DNA of 64,000 nt from Spirochaetia bacterium (lineage in GTDB: Bacteria > Spirochaetota > Spirochaetia > SZUA-6 > Bin103): positions 2,080,001 to 2,144,000 of the forward strand of contig CBDBDQ010000005.1 of NCBI GenBank assembly GCA_965203905.1. The letters are read 5' to 3'. Below the pieces are notes generated by a model that was given only the letters and a program-made list of their open reading frames with translations, did not search any database and was not told the origin of the DNA. Both the position numbers and the translations under genes were made by a program. Every line of letters starts with the position of its first letter. Within the stretch, counting starts at the first letter, position 1. This document shows, piece after piece, positions 24,207 to 34,656 of this stretch.

Positions 24207-25132
24207 TGGCCGCGGCCGGCGCGGCGGCCGGCGCCGCTGCCCTGACGCCGCCGCGGGAGCTGGTGCCGGATGCGCCGCTCACCGTGCGCGCCGCGCTGGG
24301 CGCGGCAAGTGCACGACTGCAGGCCCGCGGCATGGCCACCCCGTGGCTGGATGCCACGGTGTTGCTGGCCCACGCCCTCGGCGTATCCAAGGAATGGCTG
24401 TTCGCGGCCTATCCGGAGCCCCTGCCCGAGGTTGCCCGGCTCCGCTTCGAGCGGTTGCTGGCACGCCGCGAGGCGGGCGAGCCGGTGGCTTACCTGCGCG
24501 GCTACAAGGAGTTCTACGGCCGGCCCTTCATCGTGGACCGGCGCGTATTGATCCCGCGGCCGGAGACCGAGCTGCTGGTGGAGGCGTTGTTGACGTGCGG
24601 CGACGCGCTCGCGGCCGAGCGCGGGTCGGTGGCGCTGCACGACGTCGGGACCGGATCGGGAGCGATTGCGGTTACCGTCCAGCTCGAGCGCCCCGCATGG
24701 CGGGTGAGCGGCTCCGACCTGTCGTCGCCGGCCGTGCTCGCCGCGCTGCGCAACCGCGACGGCCTGGGCGCCGGCCACCTGCGGCTGCGGGTGTGCGACC
24801 TGCTGCCGCCGGCGCCGGCACGCTGGGATCTGATCGCAGCCAACCCGCCCTACCTGACCAGTGCGGAGGTCGCGGACCTGCGCCGCCGGGGCTGGCCGGA
24901 GCCGGCGCTCGCGCTCGACGGCGGTGACGACGGCCTCGGTCCGAGTCGCCGCCTGATCGCGGCGGCACGAGGGCGCCTGCGGCCGGGCGGCGCACTGATC
25001 GTGGAAACGGGTGCCGAGCGGGCCGCCGCGCTGGCGCGTTGCCTGGAGCGCCACGGCTTCGCCCCGCCGGAGTTGCGGCGCGACCTGGGAGGCCTGCCGC
25101 GGGTACTGATCGCGCGCCGGAGAGCGCCGTGA
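24206..25132 (+). CDS. prmC: release factor glutamine methyltransferase
   Basis: GEPVAY, LIPRPETE, DVGTGSG, NPPY; directly after prfA. Confidence 0.95.
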
Positions 25133-27312
25133 GCGCGCCGCGCTCCAACGGCGCCGCCGCGGCAACCGGTACCAGGGCCCGGCGCGGTTCCGCGGCCGGC
25201 GGCAATGCCGCGGTAGCGGTCCGCGACAGCGGTCCGCATGCCGGCTACCCGCGGGTGACGCAGGCGTCACGGCGGCTCGTGAACCGCTTCTGCGAGCGCC
25301 TCGAGGCGCTCGCGGAAGAGTACGACGAAGCGTCGTACGACGAGGCCGCGCGGCGCAAGATCGTTGCCGCGGCGCGCTGGGCCAACGCCCGCCACTCGGG
25401 CCAGTTCCGCGCCAGCGGAGATCCCTTCATCATCCACCCCCTGGAAGTGGCGTCCATCCTGCTGGAGACCCGTCTCGACACCGCGACGCTGATCGCGGCG
25501 CTGCTGCACGACGTGGTGGAGGACACCGGGTCCACCGTGGACGAGATCACCGACACCTTCGGCGAGGAGGTCGCCGGCCTGGTCCAGGGAGTCACCAAGA
25601 TCTCCATCATCAAGGGGCAGAGCCATTGGGCGCGGGCCGCGGAGTCGATCCGCAAGATGCTGTTCGCGATGGTGCGCGACGTGCGCGTGATCCTCATCAA
25701 GCTGGCCGACAAGCTCCACAACATGCGCACGCTGGAGTTCGTCAACCCCGAGGACCGCACCCGTATCGCGCACGAGTGCATGGACATCTACTGTCCCCTG
25801 GCGGGACGGCTGGGCCTCTACCGGATCCGCACCGAGCTGGAGGACCTGGCGATGAAGTACCTTTATCCGCGGGCCTACGAGCAGCTCAAGGAGTTCGTGG
25901 CGGCGACCCGCGCCGAGCGCGACGCCTACCTGCGGGACATCACCGAGCAGCTCTCCGCCGCGGCACGGGAAGCCGGCGTGCGGCTGCGGGTGGAGAGCCG
26001 CGCCAAGCACTTCTACTCGATCTACCAGAAGATGAAGGATCGCGGCCACTCCGCCGGGGAGATCCACGATCTGCTGGGCGTGCGCATCATCTGTGCCTCC
26101 ACCGGGGAGTGCTACGAGATTCTGGGCCTGGTTCACCGCCTGTGGCTGCCGATCGAGGGGCGCTTCAAGGACTACATCGCGATGCCCAAGTCCAACCGCT
26201 ACCAGAGCCTGCACACCACGGTGATGGGCCCGCGCGGGACCACCATCGAAATCCAGATCCGCAGCGACCAGATGCACGAGACCGCCGAGAACGGCATCGC
26301 CGCCCACTGGCTGTACAAGTCGCGCCGCACCGGGGACGCGGACGCGCTCGCCGGACAGCTCTCGATCATCCACAAGCTGCGCGACTGGCAGGGGGCGCAG
26401 GCGGCGTCCAGCGAGTTCCTCGACGAGATCAAGCGTGAGCTGTTGCGCGACTCGATCTACGTGTTCACCCCGAAGGGGGACATCATCGAGCTGCCGCGCG
26501 GTTCCACGCCGATCGACTTCGCCTACCACATCCACACCGAGGTCGGGAACCACTGTCAGGCGGCCAAGGCCAACGGCAGCATCGTGCCGTTGAGCGCGGA
26601 GCTCAAGAACACGCAGGTGATACAGATCATCACCAGCACCCGCGCCCACCCCCACGTCGGCTGGCTGCGCTCGGTCAAGACCTCCCGCGCACGCTCCAAG
26701 ATCCGCCACTGGCTGACCCAGGAGAACCCCGACCTGATCATCCAGCGCAACATCGTGGCGCAGCCGGCACAGCAGACCCAGACGCCGGCCCCTGCCCGGC
26801 ACCGGCGGCGCGCCGCGGAGGAGCGTACCGACCAGGAGCCGCGCAGCGACGACGACGCGGCCTGGCGGGTGGGATTGCGCGACGGCAACGACGCCGGCCT
26901 GCTGATCCGGCTGGCGCGCTGTTGCCGGCCCAGTCCCGCCGACGAGATCGTCGGCTACATCTCACGCGGCCAGGGCATCACCGTACACCGGGCCAGTTGC
27001 GCCAATGTGCGCAACATCCGCGACTTCAACGAGCGTGGCGTGGAGGTGGCCTGGGAAATGCCGGCACCGCGGCAGAACTACAGTTTCACCGTCGCCGCCG
27101 AACCCGACGCCCGGCTCTACTCGGAGATCGAGCGCATCATCCACGAGGACGGCGGCACCCTGGTGTCCGGCAACCTCGACACCGACAGCCAGGCGCACGT
27201 GACCGGACGCTTCACCGTGGCGGTGAAGAGCAAGCGCGACTACGGGCGCGTGATCAAGCATCTGAAGAGCCTGAAGGCGGTGAAATCCCTGCACCGCGAA
27301 TCGGGCCCATGA
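25129..27312 (+). CDS. relA: (p)ppGpp synthetase/hydrolase
   Basis: HD motif LLHDVVED, KLADKLHNMRT, RFKDYI, YQSLHT, TGS (DFAYHIHT), CC zinc motif, ACT-like C-terminus. Confidence 0.95.
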   Translation: MSAPRSNGAAAATGTRARRGSAAGGNAAVAVRDSGPHAGYPRVTQASRRLVNRFCERLEALAEEYDEASYDEAARRKIVAAARWANARHSGQFRASGDPFIIHPLEVASILLETRLDTATLIAALLHDVVEDTGSTVDEITDTFGEEVAGLVQGVTKISIIKGQSHWARAAESIRKMLFAMVRDVRVILIKLADKLHNMRTLEFVNPEDRTRIAHECMDIYCPLAGRLGLYRIRTELEDLAMKYLYPRAYEQLKEFVAATRAERDAYLRDITEQLSAAAREAGVRLRVESRAKHFYSIYQKMKDRGHSAGEIHDLLGVRIICASTGECYEILGLVHRLWLPIEGRFKDYIAMPKSNRYQSLHTTVMGPRGTTIEIQIRSDQMHETAENGIAAHWLYKSRRTGDADALAGQLSIIHKLRDWQGAQAASSEFLDEIKRELLRDSIYVFTPKGDIIELPRGSTPIDFAYHIHTEVGNHCQAAKANGSIVPLSAELKNTQVIQIITSTRAHPHVGWLRSVKTSRARSKIRHWLTQENPDLIIQRNIVAQPAQQTQTPAPARHRRRAAEERTDQEPRSDDDAAWRVGLRDGNDAGLLIRLARCCRPSPADEIVGYISRGQGITVHRASCANVRNIRDFNERGVEVAWEMPAPRQNYSFTVAAEPDARLYSEIERIIHEDGGTLVSGNLDTDSQAHVTGRFTVAVKSKRDYGRVIKHLKSLKAVKSLHRESGP

Positions 27313-28361
27313 CGCAGACCATGAACGACGACCGTACCGGTACCTTGACACGGATTTACCTCGAAGGATTCACCGCATTCGAGCGCTTGGAGCTGGATCT
27401 CAATGCCGGCATCAACGTGTTCCTGGGATCCAACGGAACCGGTAAGACGCATCTCTTGAAAGTAGCTTACACTGCTTGTGAACTTACCAGAGTGAGTCCC
27501 GAAACGATGACTGAAACGTACGTTCATGACAAGCTGCGACGAGTGTTTCTTCCGTCCGGTGACTCCGTGGGACGTTTGATCAGGTATCCAACCGACGACC
27601 CTGTCGCGATCATGGAAGTCTGTCAGGAGGAGCGTAAGGTTCGCGTTCCTATTTTCGTTAGTGGAGAACGGTTCCGGTCCGTTGATGACGTTGGCTGGTC
27701 GGGCAATACCATCCGGAGCGTGTTCGTTCCCGCTCAGGAGATGCTCTCGCACGGGCCGGGATTTCGTTCACTTTATGCCTACCGCGAGATACACTTCGAG
27801 GAGGTCTATAACGACATTCTCGACCGTGCGTATCTACCACCGCTACGGCAACCTCTGGATGGCGCACGCCAGCTTGTTCTGAAGGAACTGGAGAACGTGC
27901 TTGGCGGCAGGATAGTCGTTGAGAACGAAGAGTTCTTTCTCAAAAAAGAGCATCGCGAAGTGGAGTTCAACCTACTGGCGGAGGGCCTGCGAAAGCTCGG
28001 TCTTCTTTGGCTGCTGGTGGGCAACGGAACACTACCAGATGGATCGGTGCTATGCTGGGATGAGCCCGAGGCCAATCTCAACCCGAAACTTGTCTCCGTG
28101 GTCGTCAAGGTCCTGTTACAGCTTCAAAGGCAGGGTGTACAGATTCTGATCGCTACCCACGACTACGCAGTTCTGAAGGAGCTGGAGCTGCTCAAGGACG
28201 AAAACGACGACGTTTGCTTCCATGCGTTGTATCACGACGCCAACGGCGAATTGATGTGCGAGTCCGCAGCGCGTCCGTTTGAGCTCGCGCACAGTCCGAT
28301 TGCCGAAGCATTCACGTCGCTCTACGACCGCGAGATCGAACGTTCGCTGGGCCGCCGATGA
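27309..28361 (+). CDS. ABC-type AAA ATPase (AAA_15/AAA_21-like)
   Basis: GSNGTGKT Walker A, AEGLRK signature, WDEPEANLNP Walker B/D-loop, ATH; visibly more AT-rich than flanks. Confidence 0.85.
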   Translation: MTQTMNDDRTGTLTRIYLEGFTAFERLELDLNAGINVFLGSNGTGKTHLLKVAYTACELTRVSPETMTETYVHDKLRRVFLPSGDSVGRLIRYPTDDPVAIMEVCQEERKVRVPIFVSGERFRSVDDVGWSGNTIRSVFVPAQEMLSHGPGFRSLYAYREIHFEEVYNDILDRAYLPPLRQPLDGARQLVLKELENVLGGRIVVENEEFFLKKEHREVEFNLLAEGLRKLGLLWLLVGNGTLPDGSVLCWDEPEANLNPKLVSVVVKVLLQLQRQGVQILIATHDYAVLKELELLKDENDDVCFHALYHDANGELMCESAARPFELAHSPIAEAFTSLYDREIERSLGRR

Positions 28362-28537
28362 CGACCCTCGAAGAAGGAGCACTTCGCTTCGCATTTGGCG
28401 ATCCATGGCGCGCCGAGCGGCTCGGAAGGGAGACCGACACGGCGTGGAAGCGCAACTACGTATCGGACTGCAACGTGGTCCCGGTCGCGGACTTCGGTAA
28501 AGCACTTCCGGGCTGTTCGGCCCGCCGTATCGCGTAG
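28358..28537 (+). pseudogene. 59-aa remnant of the ATPase partner gene (probably internally deleted)
   Basis: ATG overlaps the ATPase stop (ATGA); MTTLEEGALRFAFGDPWRAE...WKRNYVSDCNVVPVADFGKALPGCSARRIA. Confidence 0.5.
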
Positions 28538-28637
28538 TGCAGTTCTATGCCAGTCGCCAAGCCGTTCGCCGGCAGGCGTCCTCCTGCGCGCCGCCGTTCG
28601 GACCCGATGGGTCGACCGTGCGCGGGCAGGGGCGCGG

Positions 28638-29618
28638 TCAGCGCAGCCAGCCGTGGGCGAGGTACCACCGCGCGGTGCGCCGTACCCCGTCTCGGGTGCT
28701 GACGCGGGGCTGATAGCCGAGTTCGGCTTGGATGCGGCGGCTGGCGAGGACCCAGGCCGGTTGCGCGATCTCGCGCAGCTTGTCGCGGCTGAGCAGCAGG
28801 TCGCGGCGCAGCAGGCGGCCGGCCGCGGCCAGCGGCATCCCGGCCACGGCCAGAGCTGCCTGAGGCACCGGCAGCCGCCAGGTGGGGCGGCCGTAGGCGG
28901 CGGCGATCCACCGCGCCACCTCGCTCATGGTCACCACGCCGCGGTCGGCGACGTGGTAGACACGCTGCCCGGCGTGCTGCGGCCGTTCCAGCGCCAGCAG
29001 CAGCGCATCCACCAGGTTGCCGACGTACACCATGCTGAGGCGGCCGGCAGGCACCAGCTCCGGGCGTACCCCGGCCCGCACCAGGCGAAAGTAGGCGAAG
29101 ATGTCCCGGTCCCCCGGACCGTACACGGCCGGCGGGCGGATGACGGTGATCGGCAGCTCGGGATGGCGGTGGCGGATCCGCTCGGCGGCCAGCTTGCTGC
29201 GGCCGTAGGCGGTTACCGGGGCCGGCGCATCCTCTTCGCGCCGCGGCCGGCCCCGGCTGGAGGGACCAACGGCCGCCTGGCTGCTGACCAGGATGAGCTG
29301 TCCGACCGCGGGATTGGCCCGGGCCAGAGCCGCGCACAGCGCCGCGGTGCCGCCGCGGTTGACGCGGTACAGTTCCCGCGGCGTCCACGACCGGGTCAGC
29401 CCGGCGAGGTGCACCACGGCGTCGCAGTCGCATACCAGCCGCTCCAGGGCGGCGCCATCGCCCAGATCCGCCGCCAGCACCGGCTCCACCTCGACCGGGA
29501 GCAGCGAGCGGTCGCTTGCCGGCCGCAACAGGCAGCGCACCCGATCGCCGCGCGCGGCGAGGGCGGCTACCAGGTGCGCACCAATGAACCCGCTGCCCCC
29601 GGTGACCGCTACCCGCAC
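28638..29618 (-). CDS. NAD-dependent epimerase/dehydratase (extended SDR)
   Basis: TGGSGFIG, HLAG, YGRSK (YxxxK), RPPAVYGPG. Confidence 0.9.
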   Translation of the reverse strand: MRVAVTGGSGFIGAHLVAALAARGDRVRCLLRPASDRSLLPVEVEPVLAADLGDGAALERLVCDCDAVVHLAGLTRSWTPRELYRVNRGGTAALCAALARANPAVGQLILVSSQAAVGPSSRGRPRREEDAPAPVTAYGRSKLAAERIRHRHPELPITVIRPPAVYGPGDRDIFAYFRLVRAGVRPELVPAGRLSMVYVGNLVDALLLALERPQHAGQRVYHVADRGVVTMSEVARWIAAAYGRPTWRLPVPQAALAVAGMPLAAAGRLLRRDLLLSRDKLREIAQPAWVLASRRIQAELGYQPRVSTRDGVRRTARWYLAHGWLR

Positions 29619-29692
29619 CGGCGCCGTCCGTAGTGCGGGCGCAATCGCCGGCTCGCTTGCCGATTGCTCGGCAAGCTCGTAGGCTGCGGTCC

Positions 29693-30838
29693 GTGGCGGC
29701 TACCTCTGCCATTGAAGGCGACGCGATCACGGTGGCACCGGTGCGCAGCGCTGCCGACCGGCGCCGCTTCATGCGCTTTCCGTGGTCGGTGTACCGCGGC
29801 AACTCGGCGTGGGTGCCGCCGCTGCTCTCGGACTTCAAGAAAAAGCTCGACACCGAACGCAATCCGTTCTATCGGCATGCTGAAATCCAGCCCTTCCTGG
29901 CCTATCACAACGGCGCGGTCGTGGGAACCGTCGCCGCCGTCATCGACCACGAGTTCAACAGCTTCCACGACGAGCGCACCGGCTTCTTCGGTTTTTTCGA
30001 GGCCGAGGATCTCGTCGTGGTGGCGCGCGCGCTGCTGGACACGGCCGGCGCGTGGTTGAAGGCGCGCGGCATGACCCACCTGCGCGGGCCGGTCAACCCG
30101 TCCACGGCGGAGTCTATGGGCACGCTGCTCGATGCCTACGATCTCCCCCCCGCCATCCTCATGGCCTACAACCCCTCCTACTATCCGCGCCTGCTGGAGG
30201 CCGCGGGGCTGACCAAGGCCAAGGATCTGGTGGCGCTGTACATGGACTCGCGCGAGACGCCGGTGCCGCCGCGGGCGGCGCGGCTGGCGGAGCTGGTGCG
30301 GCGCCGCCACAACGTCACCATCCGCAGCGCGGACCTGCGCCAGCTCGACCGCGAGATGAAGCTGCTCAAGCTGATCTACAACGACGCCTGGACCAGGAAC
30401 TGGGGGTTCGTGCCGTGGAGCGACGAAGAGATCGAATACAGTGCCGCGGACCTGAAGATGGTGATCGATCCCGACCTGGTGTTCTTCGCCTTCGTCGACG
30501 GCGAGCCGGCGGGATTCTCGCTGGCGCTGCCCGACTTCCACCAGGTGCTGCGGCGCATCAACGGCCGCCTGTTTCCCGTCGGCGTGCTCAAGGTGCTGTG
30601 GTACCGGCGCCGGATCGACCTGTTGCGGGTGGTCATGGCCGGAATCCGCCACCGGTACCGCAACCTGGCCCTGGATGCCGTGTTCTACTACGAGACCTAT
30701 ACCCGCGGCGTTGCCAAGGGCTATTGGCACGGCGAGTTCTCCTGGGTGCTGGAGGACAACCACGCGATGCGCAACACCCTGGAAAAGATGGGCGCCCGGG
30801 TCTACAAGCGCTACCGCATCTACGAGCGCACGCTGTAG
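29693..30838 (+). CDS. GNAT-fold N-acyltransferase, bacterial ceramide synthase-like
   Basis: WVPPL, NPFY, GFFGFFE, RGPVNPS, YNPSYY, YNDAW..NWGFVP, SWVLEDN; start uncertain (29633 or 29693). Confidence 0.75.
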   Translation: MAATSAIEGDAITVAPVRSAADRRRFMRFPWSVYRGNSAWVPPLLSDFKKKLDTERNPFYRHAEIQPFLAYHNGAVVGTVAAVIDHEFNSFHDERTGFFGFFEAEDLVVVARALLDTAGAWLKARGMTHLRGPVNPSTAESMGTLLDAYDLPPAILMAYNPSYYPRLLEAAGLTKAKDLVALYMDSRETPVPPRAARLAELVRRRHNVTIRSADLRQLDREMKLLKLIYNDAWTRNWGFVPWSDEEIEYSAADLKMVIDPDLVFFAFVDGEPAGFSLALPDFHQVLRRINGRLFPVGVLKVLWYRRRIDLLRVVMAGIRHRYRNLALDAVFYYETYTRGVAKGYWHGEFSWVLEDNHAMRNTLEKMGARVYKRYRIYERTL

Positions 30839-30850
30839 CGCGCGGGCGGG

Positions 30851-33217
30851 TCAGCTGCGCCCGGCAGCCGAGTCGTTCAGCACGGCGAGCGCGGCGCCGT
30901 CCGGCGCCAGATCAACGGTAACCACGCCGCGCAGGCGCGCGCCGGCGAGCAGCAGGTCGGTGATGCGGTCGGCCACCTCGCGCTGAAACAGGCGTCCCAG
31001 GGGGCGCGCGCCGTAGCGGGGGTCGTAGCCGCGTTCGGCCAGCCAGCGGTGGGCGGCCTCGGTGAGCTGCACCGTGGCGCGGCCGCCGGGGCCGCCCCGG
31101 GCGCGCAGCTTGGCGTTGAGCTGCCGCAGGTGGGCGGCCACGATGCGGCGCATGCTGTCGGGCTGCAGCGGCCGGAAGGTGACGATGGCGTCCAGGCGGT
31201 TGATGAACTCGGGCCGGAACAGCCGCTTCACGGCGGCCTCTGCGGCAGAGGTCGGCACCGGCATTGCGTCGTGCTCGAAGCCGATGTGGGCGGCGCTCAT
31301 CTCTTCCCCGCCGGCGTTCGAGGTCATCGCCAGCACCGTGTGGTGGAAGTCGGCGCGGCGCCCGTTGCCGTCGGTGAGGGAGGCGTGGTCCATGATCTGC
31401 AGCAGCAGGTCGAACACGTCTGGATGGGCCTTCTCGATCTCGTCCAGCAGCACCACGGAGTAGGGTGCCTTGATCACGGCATCGGTCAGGTAGCCGCCCT
31501 CCTCGTAGCCGACGTAGCCGGGCGGCGCGCCGATCAGCCGCGACACGGTGTGCTTCTCCTGGTACTCGCTCATGTCGATGCGGATCAGCTCCACCCCGAG
31601 CAGGTCGGCGAGCTGGCGGGTGAGCTCGGTCTTGCCGACGCCGGTGGGGCCGGTGAGCAGGAACGCCCCGATCGGCTGGTGCACCTCGCCGAGGCCGGCG
31701 CGGTTGCGCTTGATGGCGCGGGTGATGCGGTCGATCGCCTCCTCCTGCCCGAAGATCCGCTCACGCAGCTTGCCCGGCAGATCGCGCAGCGACCGGCGCC
31801 CGCCGCTGGAGACCGCCGCCACCGGCCGCCCGCTGATGCCCGCCACCACCGCCGCCACCTCGCTGCTGGTGATCACGTGGCGCCGCGCGGTGGCGGGGCC
31901 GGCAGCGCCAGCGACGCCCGCCGCCGCACCGTCGCCGGCAGCGTCCGTGAGTTCGCCCGGCGGCGCAGCGGCACCGTTCCCGGCGGCCCCCGCGCGCAGC
32001 TTCCAGCGCGACCCCGCCTCGTCGATCACGTCGATCGCCTTGTCGGGCAGGCGCCGGTCGTGGATGTGGACCGCCGCCAGCTCGGCGGCGTCGCGCAGTG
32101 CGCGTTCGCTGTAGCGCACTTCGTGGAACGCCTCGTAGCGCTCCCGGAGACCGCGCAGTATCAATACGGTGTCATCCACCGACGGCTCCGCCACCACGAT
32201 CTTCTGGAAGCGCCGCGACAGGGCGTGATCCTTCTCGAAGTGGCGCCGGAACTCCTCGTAGGTGGTGGCCCCGATGCAGCGCAGCTCGCCGCTGCCGAGC
32301 ACCGGCTTGAGCAGGTTGGAGGCGTCCATGGTGCCTCCCGAGGTGGCGCCGGCGCCGACCACGGTGTGGATCTCGTCGATGAACAGTATCGCGTCGCGGC
32401 GTTCGCGCAGGGCGCCGAGCACGCCCTTGATGCGCTCCTCGAAGTCGCCGCGGAACCGGGTGCCGGCCAGCAGCGCACCCAGATCGAGGGCGATGATGCG
32501 CATCTCGCGGAACATCGCCGGCACCTCGCCGGCGGCCATGCGGCACGCGATCCCTTCGACAATCGCGGTCTTGCCGACCCCGGCATCGCCCACCAGCACC
32601 GGGCTGTTCTTGTGCCGGCGTCCCAGGATCTGCAGGGCGCGGTCGACTTCCGTGCCGCGGCCGATCAGTGGATCGAAGGCCCCTTCGGCGGCGCGCGCCG
32701 TCAGATCGGTGGTGAACCGTTCCAGCATCTGCGCCCGTGAGCCCTTGCGGGTTTCCTCGCGCGGCTTTGCCGCCGTGGAGCCGGCGGGGGCCACTTCGCC
32801 GTGGGAGATCACCTCCAGCACGTCGACGCGGGAAACACCCTGCTCCTGGAGGAAGTAGGCGGCGTGGGAGTCGGCTTCCAGCAGCAGCGCGGCGAGCAGG
32901 TCGCCGGCATGCACCTGCTCCCGCTCCGCGCTGCGCGCCTGGTGGATCACGCGCTGCAGCAGGCGCCGAACGGTGCGCGTCATCTCCAGCTCATAGGGAC
33001 TCTCTCCCGGTACCGTCTGCAGCCGGTCGCGGAAGAAGGTCTCCAACCGGGTGCGCAGTTCGCGCGTCTCGCCACCGCAGGCACCGATGATCGCAGCCCC
33101 GTCGTCGTTGTGCAGCAGGGCGTACAACAGGTGTTCCAGGGTGACGAACTCGTGGCGCCGGACTTCCGCCTCCCGGAACGCCGCGGCCAGGGACAGCTCC
33201 ACGTCACGACTCAACAT
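30851..33217 (-). CDS. clpA: ATP-dependent Clp protease ATP-binding subunit
   Basis: Clp-N (HEFVTLEHLL), GDAGVGKT, GPTGVGKT, RLIGAPPGYVG; no ClpB M-domain; downstream of clpS. Confidence 0.95.
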   Translation of the reverse strand: MLSRDVELSLAAAFREAEVRRHEFVTLEHLLYALLHNDDGAAIIGACGGETRELRTRLETFFRDRLQTVPGESPYELEMTRTVRRLLQRVIHQARSAEREQVHAGDLLAALLLEADSHAAYFLQEQGVSRVDVLEVISHGEVAPAGSTAAKPREETRKGSRAQMLERFTTDLTARAAEGAFDPLIGRGTEVDRALQILGRRHKNSPVLVGDAGVGKTAIVEGIACRMAAGEVPAMFREMRIIALDLGALLAGTRFRGDFEERIKGVLGALRERRDAILFIDEIHTVVGAGATSGGTMDASNLLKPVLGSGELRCIGATTYEEFRRHFEKDHALSRRFQKIVVAEPSVDDTVLILRGLRERYEAFHEVRYSERALRDAAELAAVHIHDRRLPDKAIDVIDEAGSRWKLRAGAAGNGAAAPPGELTDAAGDGAAAGVAGAAGPATARRHVITSSEVAAVVAGISGRPVAAVSSGGRRSLRDLPGKLRERIFGQEEAIDRITRAIKRNRAGLGEVHQPIGAFLLTGPTGVGKTELTRQLADLLGVELIRIDMSEYQEKHTVSRLIGAPPGYVGYEEGGYLTDAVIKAPYSVVLLDEIEKAHPDVFDLLLQIMDHASLTDGNGRRADFHHTVLAMTSNAGGEEMSAAHIGFEHDAMPVPTSAAEAAVKRLFRPEFINRLDAIVTFRPLQPDSMRRIVAAHLRQLNAKLRARGGPGGRATVQLTEAAHRWLAERGYDPRYGARPLGRLFQREVADRITDLLLAGARLRGVVTVDLAPDGAALAVLNDSAAGRS

Positions 33218-33220
33218 CGC

Positions 33221-33547
33221 TCAGGCCTCTTGTAGTGAGCAGCGTAGCGGGAATTCATGCTCGCGCGCCAGCCGATGTACGTGCTCGATCTTCATCTCCG
33301 CCGTCTCGCGCGTGTACACCCCGCAACGACCCGCGCCGTGGCGATGAATCGCGAGCATGATCTGCGTCGCCTCGGAGGGCGACTTGTGGAACACCCCTTC
33401 GAGCACGCTCACCACGAAGTCCATGGTGGTGTAGTGGTCGTTGTGCATGATCACCTCGAACAGCGGCGGCTCGCGCACCTCCACCCCGGTGCTCGGGTCG
33501 TCGAATACCTCCGGAGACCAGGGAGCAGTGTGTTCCGCGTCGCTCAT
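33221..33547 (-). CDS. clpS: Clp protease adaptor
   Basis: VIMHNDHYTTMDFVV...IH..G.G.CGVY..E.AE.K...FPL. Confidence 0.95.
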   Translation of the reverse strand: MSDAEHTAPWSPEVFDDPSTGVEVREPPLFEVIMHNDHYTTMDFVVSVLEGVFHKSPSEATQIMLAIHRHGAGRCGVYTRETAEMKIEHVHRLAREHEFPLRCSLQEA

Positions 33548-34656
33548 GGGGCAGGGTCGAATTCCGCGAACAGCGGGAGCTGGGCGGCGTCGGTCCGGGG
33601 ACGGCGAAACAGGTCGGTGCGCAGGCGCAGGCGTTCGGCAGTGACCCCGTGGCGGCGGCAGGCGCCGGCGAAGAGCTGCTCGATCAGCTTCGCGAACGGC
33701 CCCTGGCCGCGCATGCGGCTGCCGAACGCGGCCTCGTTGAGCGCCCCGCCGCGCAGGTTTCGCACCCGCTCCAGCACCTTGCGCGCCTGGTTGGGCCGGT
33801 GTTCCTGCAGCCAGGCGCTGAACAGCGGCGCCACCGCCAGCGGCAGCCGCAGGGTGACGTAGCCGGCATGGGTGGCGCCGGCCCGGCTCGCAGCCGCGAT
33901 GACATCGGGAATCTCGTGATCGGTGAGCCCGGGGATGACGGGCGCCACCAGGACGATCACCGGAACGCCGGCCTGCGTGAGCCGCGCTACGGCGTCCAGG
34001 CGCCGCTGCGGTTGACTGGTGCGCGGCTCCAGCACGCGGCTCAGCGCGGCGTCGATGGTGGGCAACGACACGCATACCGCCGCCAGCCCCTGGCGTGCCA
34101 GCTCCCCCAGCAGGTCGACGTCGCGCGTCACCAGGTAGTTCTTGGTGATCACGTGCACCGGGTTGCGCGCCTCGCACAACACCTCCAGGCAGCCGCGGGT
34201 GAGGCGCAGGCGGCGCTCGACCGGCTGGTAGGGATCGGTCACCCCGCTCAGTCCGAGTGCCTGCGGACGCCAGCCGGGCCGCGCCAGCTCCCGGCGCAGC
34301 AGTTCGGGAGCGTGCTCCTTGACCAGGATCCGGGTCTCGAAGTCCAGTCCCGCGGACAGGCCCAGGTACTCGTGGGTGGGCCGCGCGAAGCAGTAGGCAC
34401 AACCGTGCTCGCAGCCGCGGTAGGGGTTGATGGAGGCGTCGAAGTTCACGTCGGGGCTGTCGTTGTAGGTGATGATGCTGCGCGAGCGGTCGCGCAGCAG
34501 CTCGGTGCGCGGGCGCTCCGGCGCCTCGCCGGCATCCGCCTGCGCCTGCAGCGCCTCCGGATCGGGCACGTAGTCGATGCCGTCGAAGCGGTTGCCGGGA
34601 TTGGCTACCGCGCCACGCCCCCGCACCACGCGCCGGCTCAATGCGTCCCTCCGCAC
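33544..34656 (-). CDS. radical SAM protein (PA0069/SplB-like)
   Basis: NPYRGCEHGCAYCFAR CxxxCxxC; TDPYQP; LEPRT. Confidence 0.9.
   Translation of the reverse strand: MRRDALSRRVVRGRGAVANPGNRFDGIDYVPDPEALQAQADAGEAPERPRTELLRDRSRSIITYNDSPDVNFDASINPYRGCEHGCAYCFARPTHEYLGLSAGLDFETRILVKEHAPELLRRELARPGWRPQALGLSGVTDPYQPVERRLRLTRGCLEVLCEARNPVHVITKNYLVTRDVDLLGELARQGLAAVCVSLPTIDAALSRVLEPRTSQPQRRLDAVARLTQAGVPVIVLVAPVIPGLTDHEIPDVIAAASRAGATHAGYVTLRLPLAVAPLFSAWLQEHRPNQARKVLERVRNLRGGALNEAAFGSRMRGQGPFAKLIEQLFAGACRRHGVTAERLRLRTDLFRRPRTDAAQLPLFAEFDPAP

Noticed and set aside
27309-28537. Naming the ATPase locus PARIS/Septu/AbiE
   Set aside because: No TOPRIM, HNH or nucleotidyltransferase partner is recognisable in the remnant.
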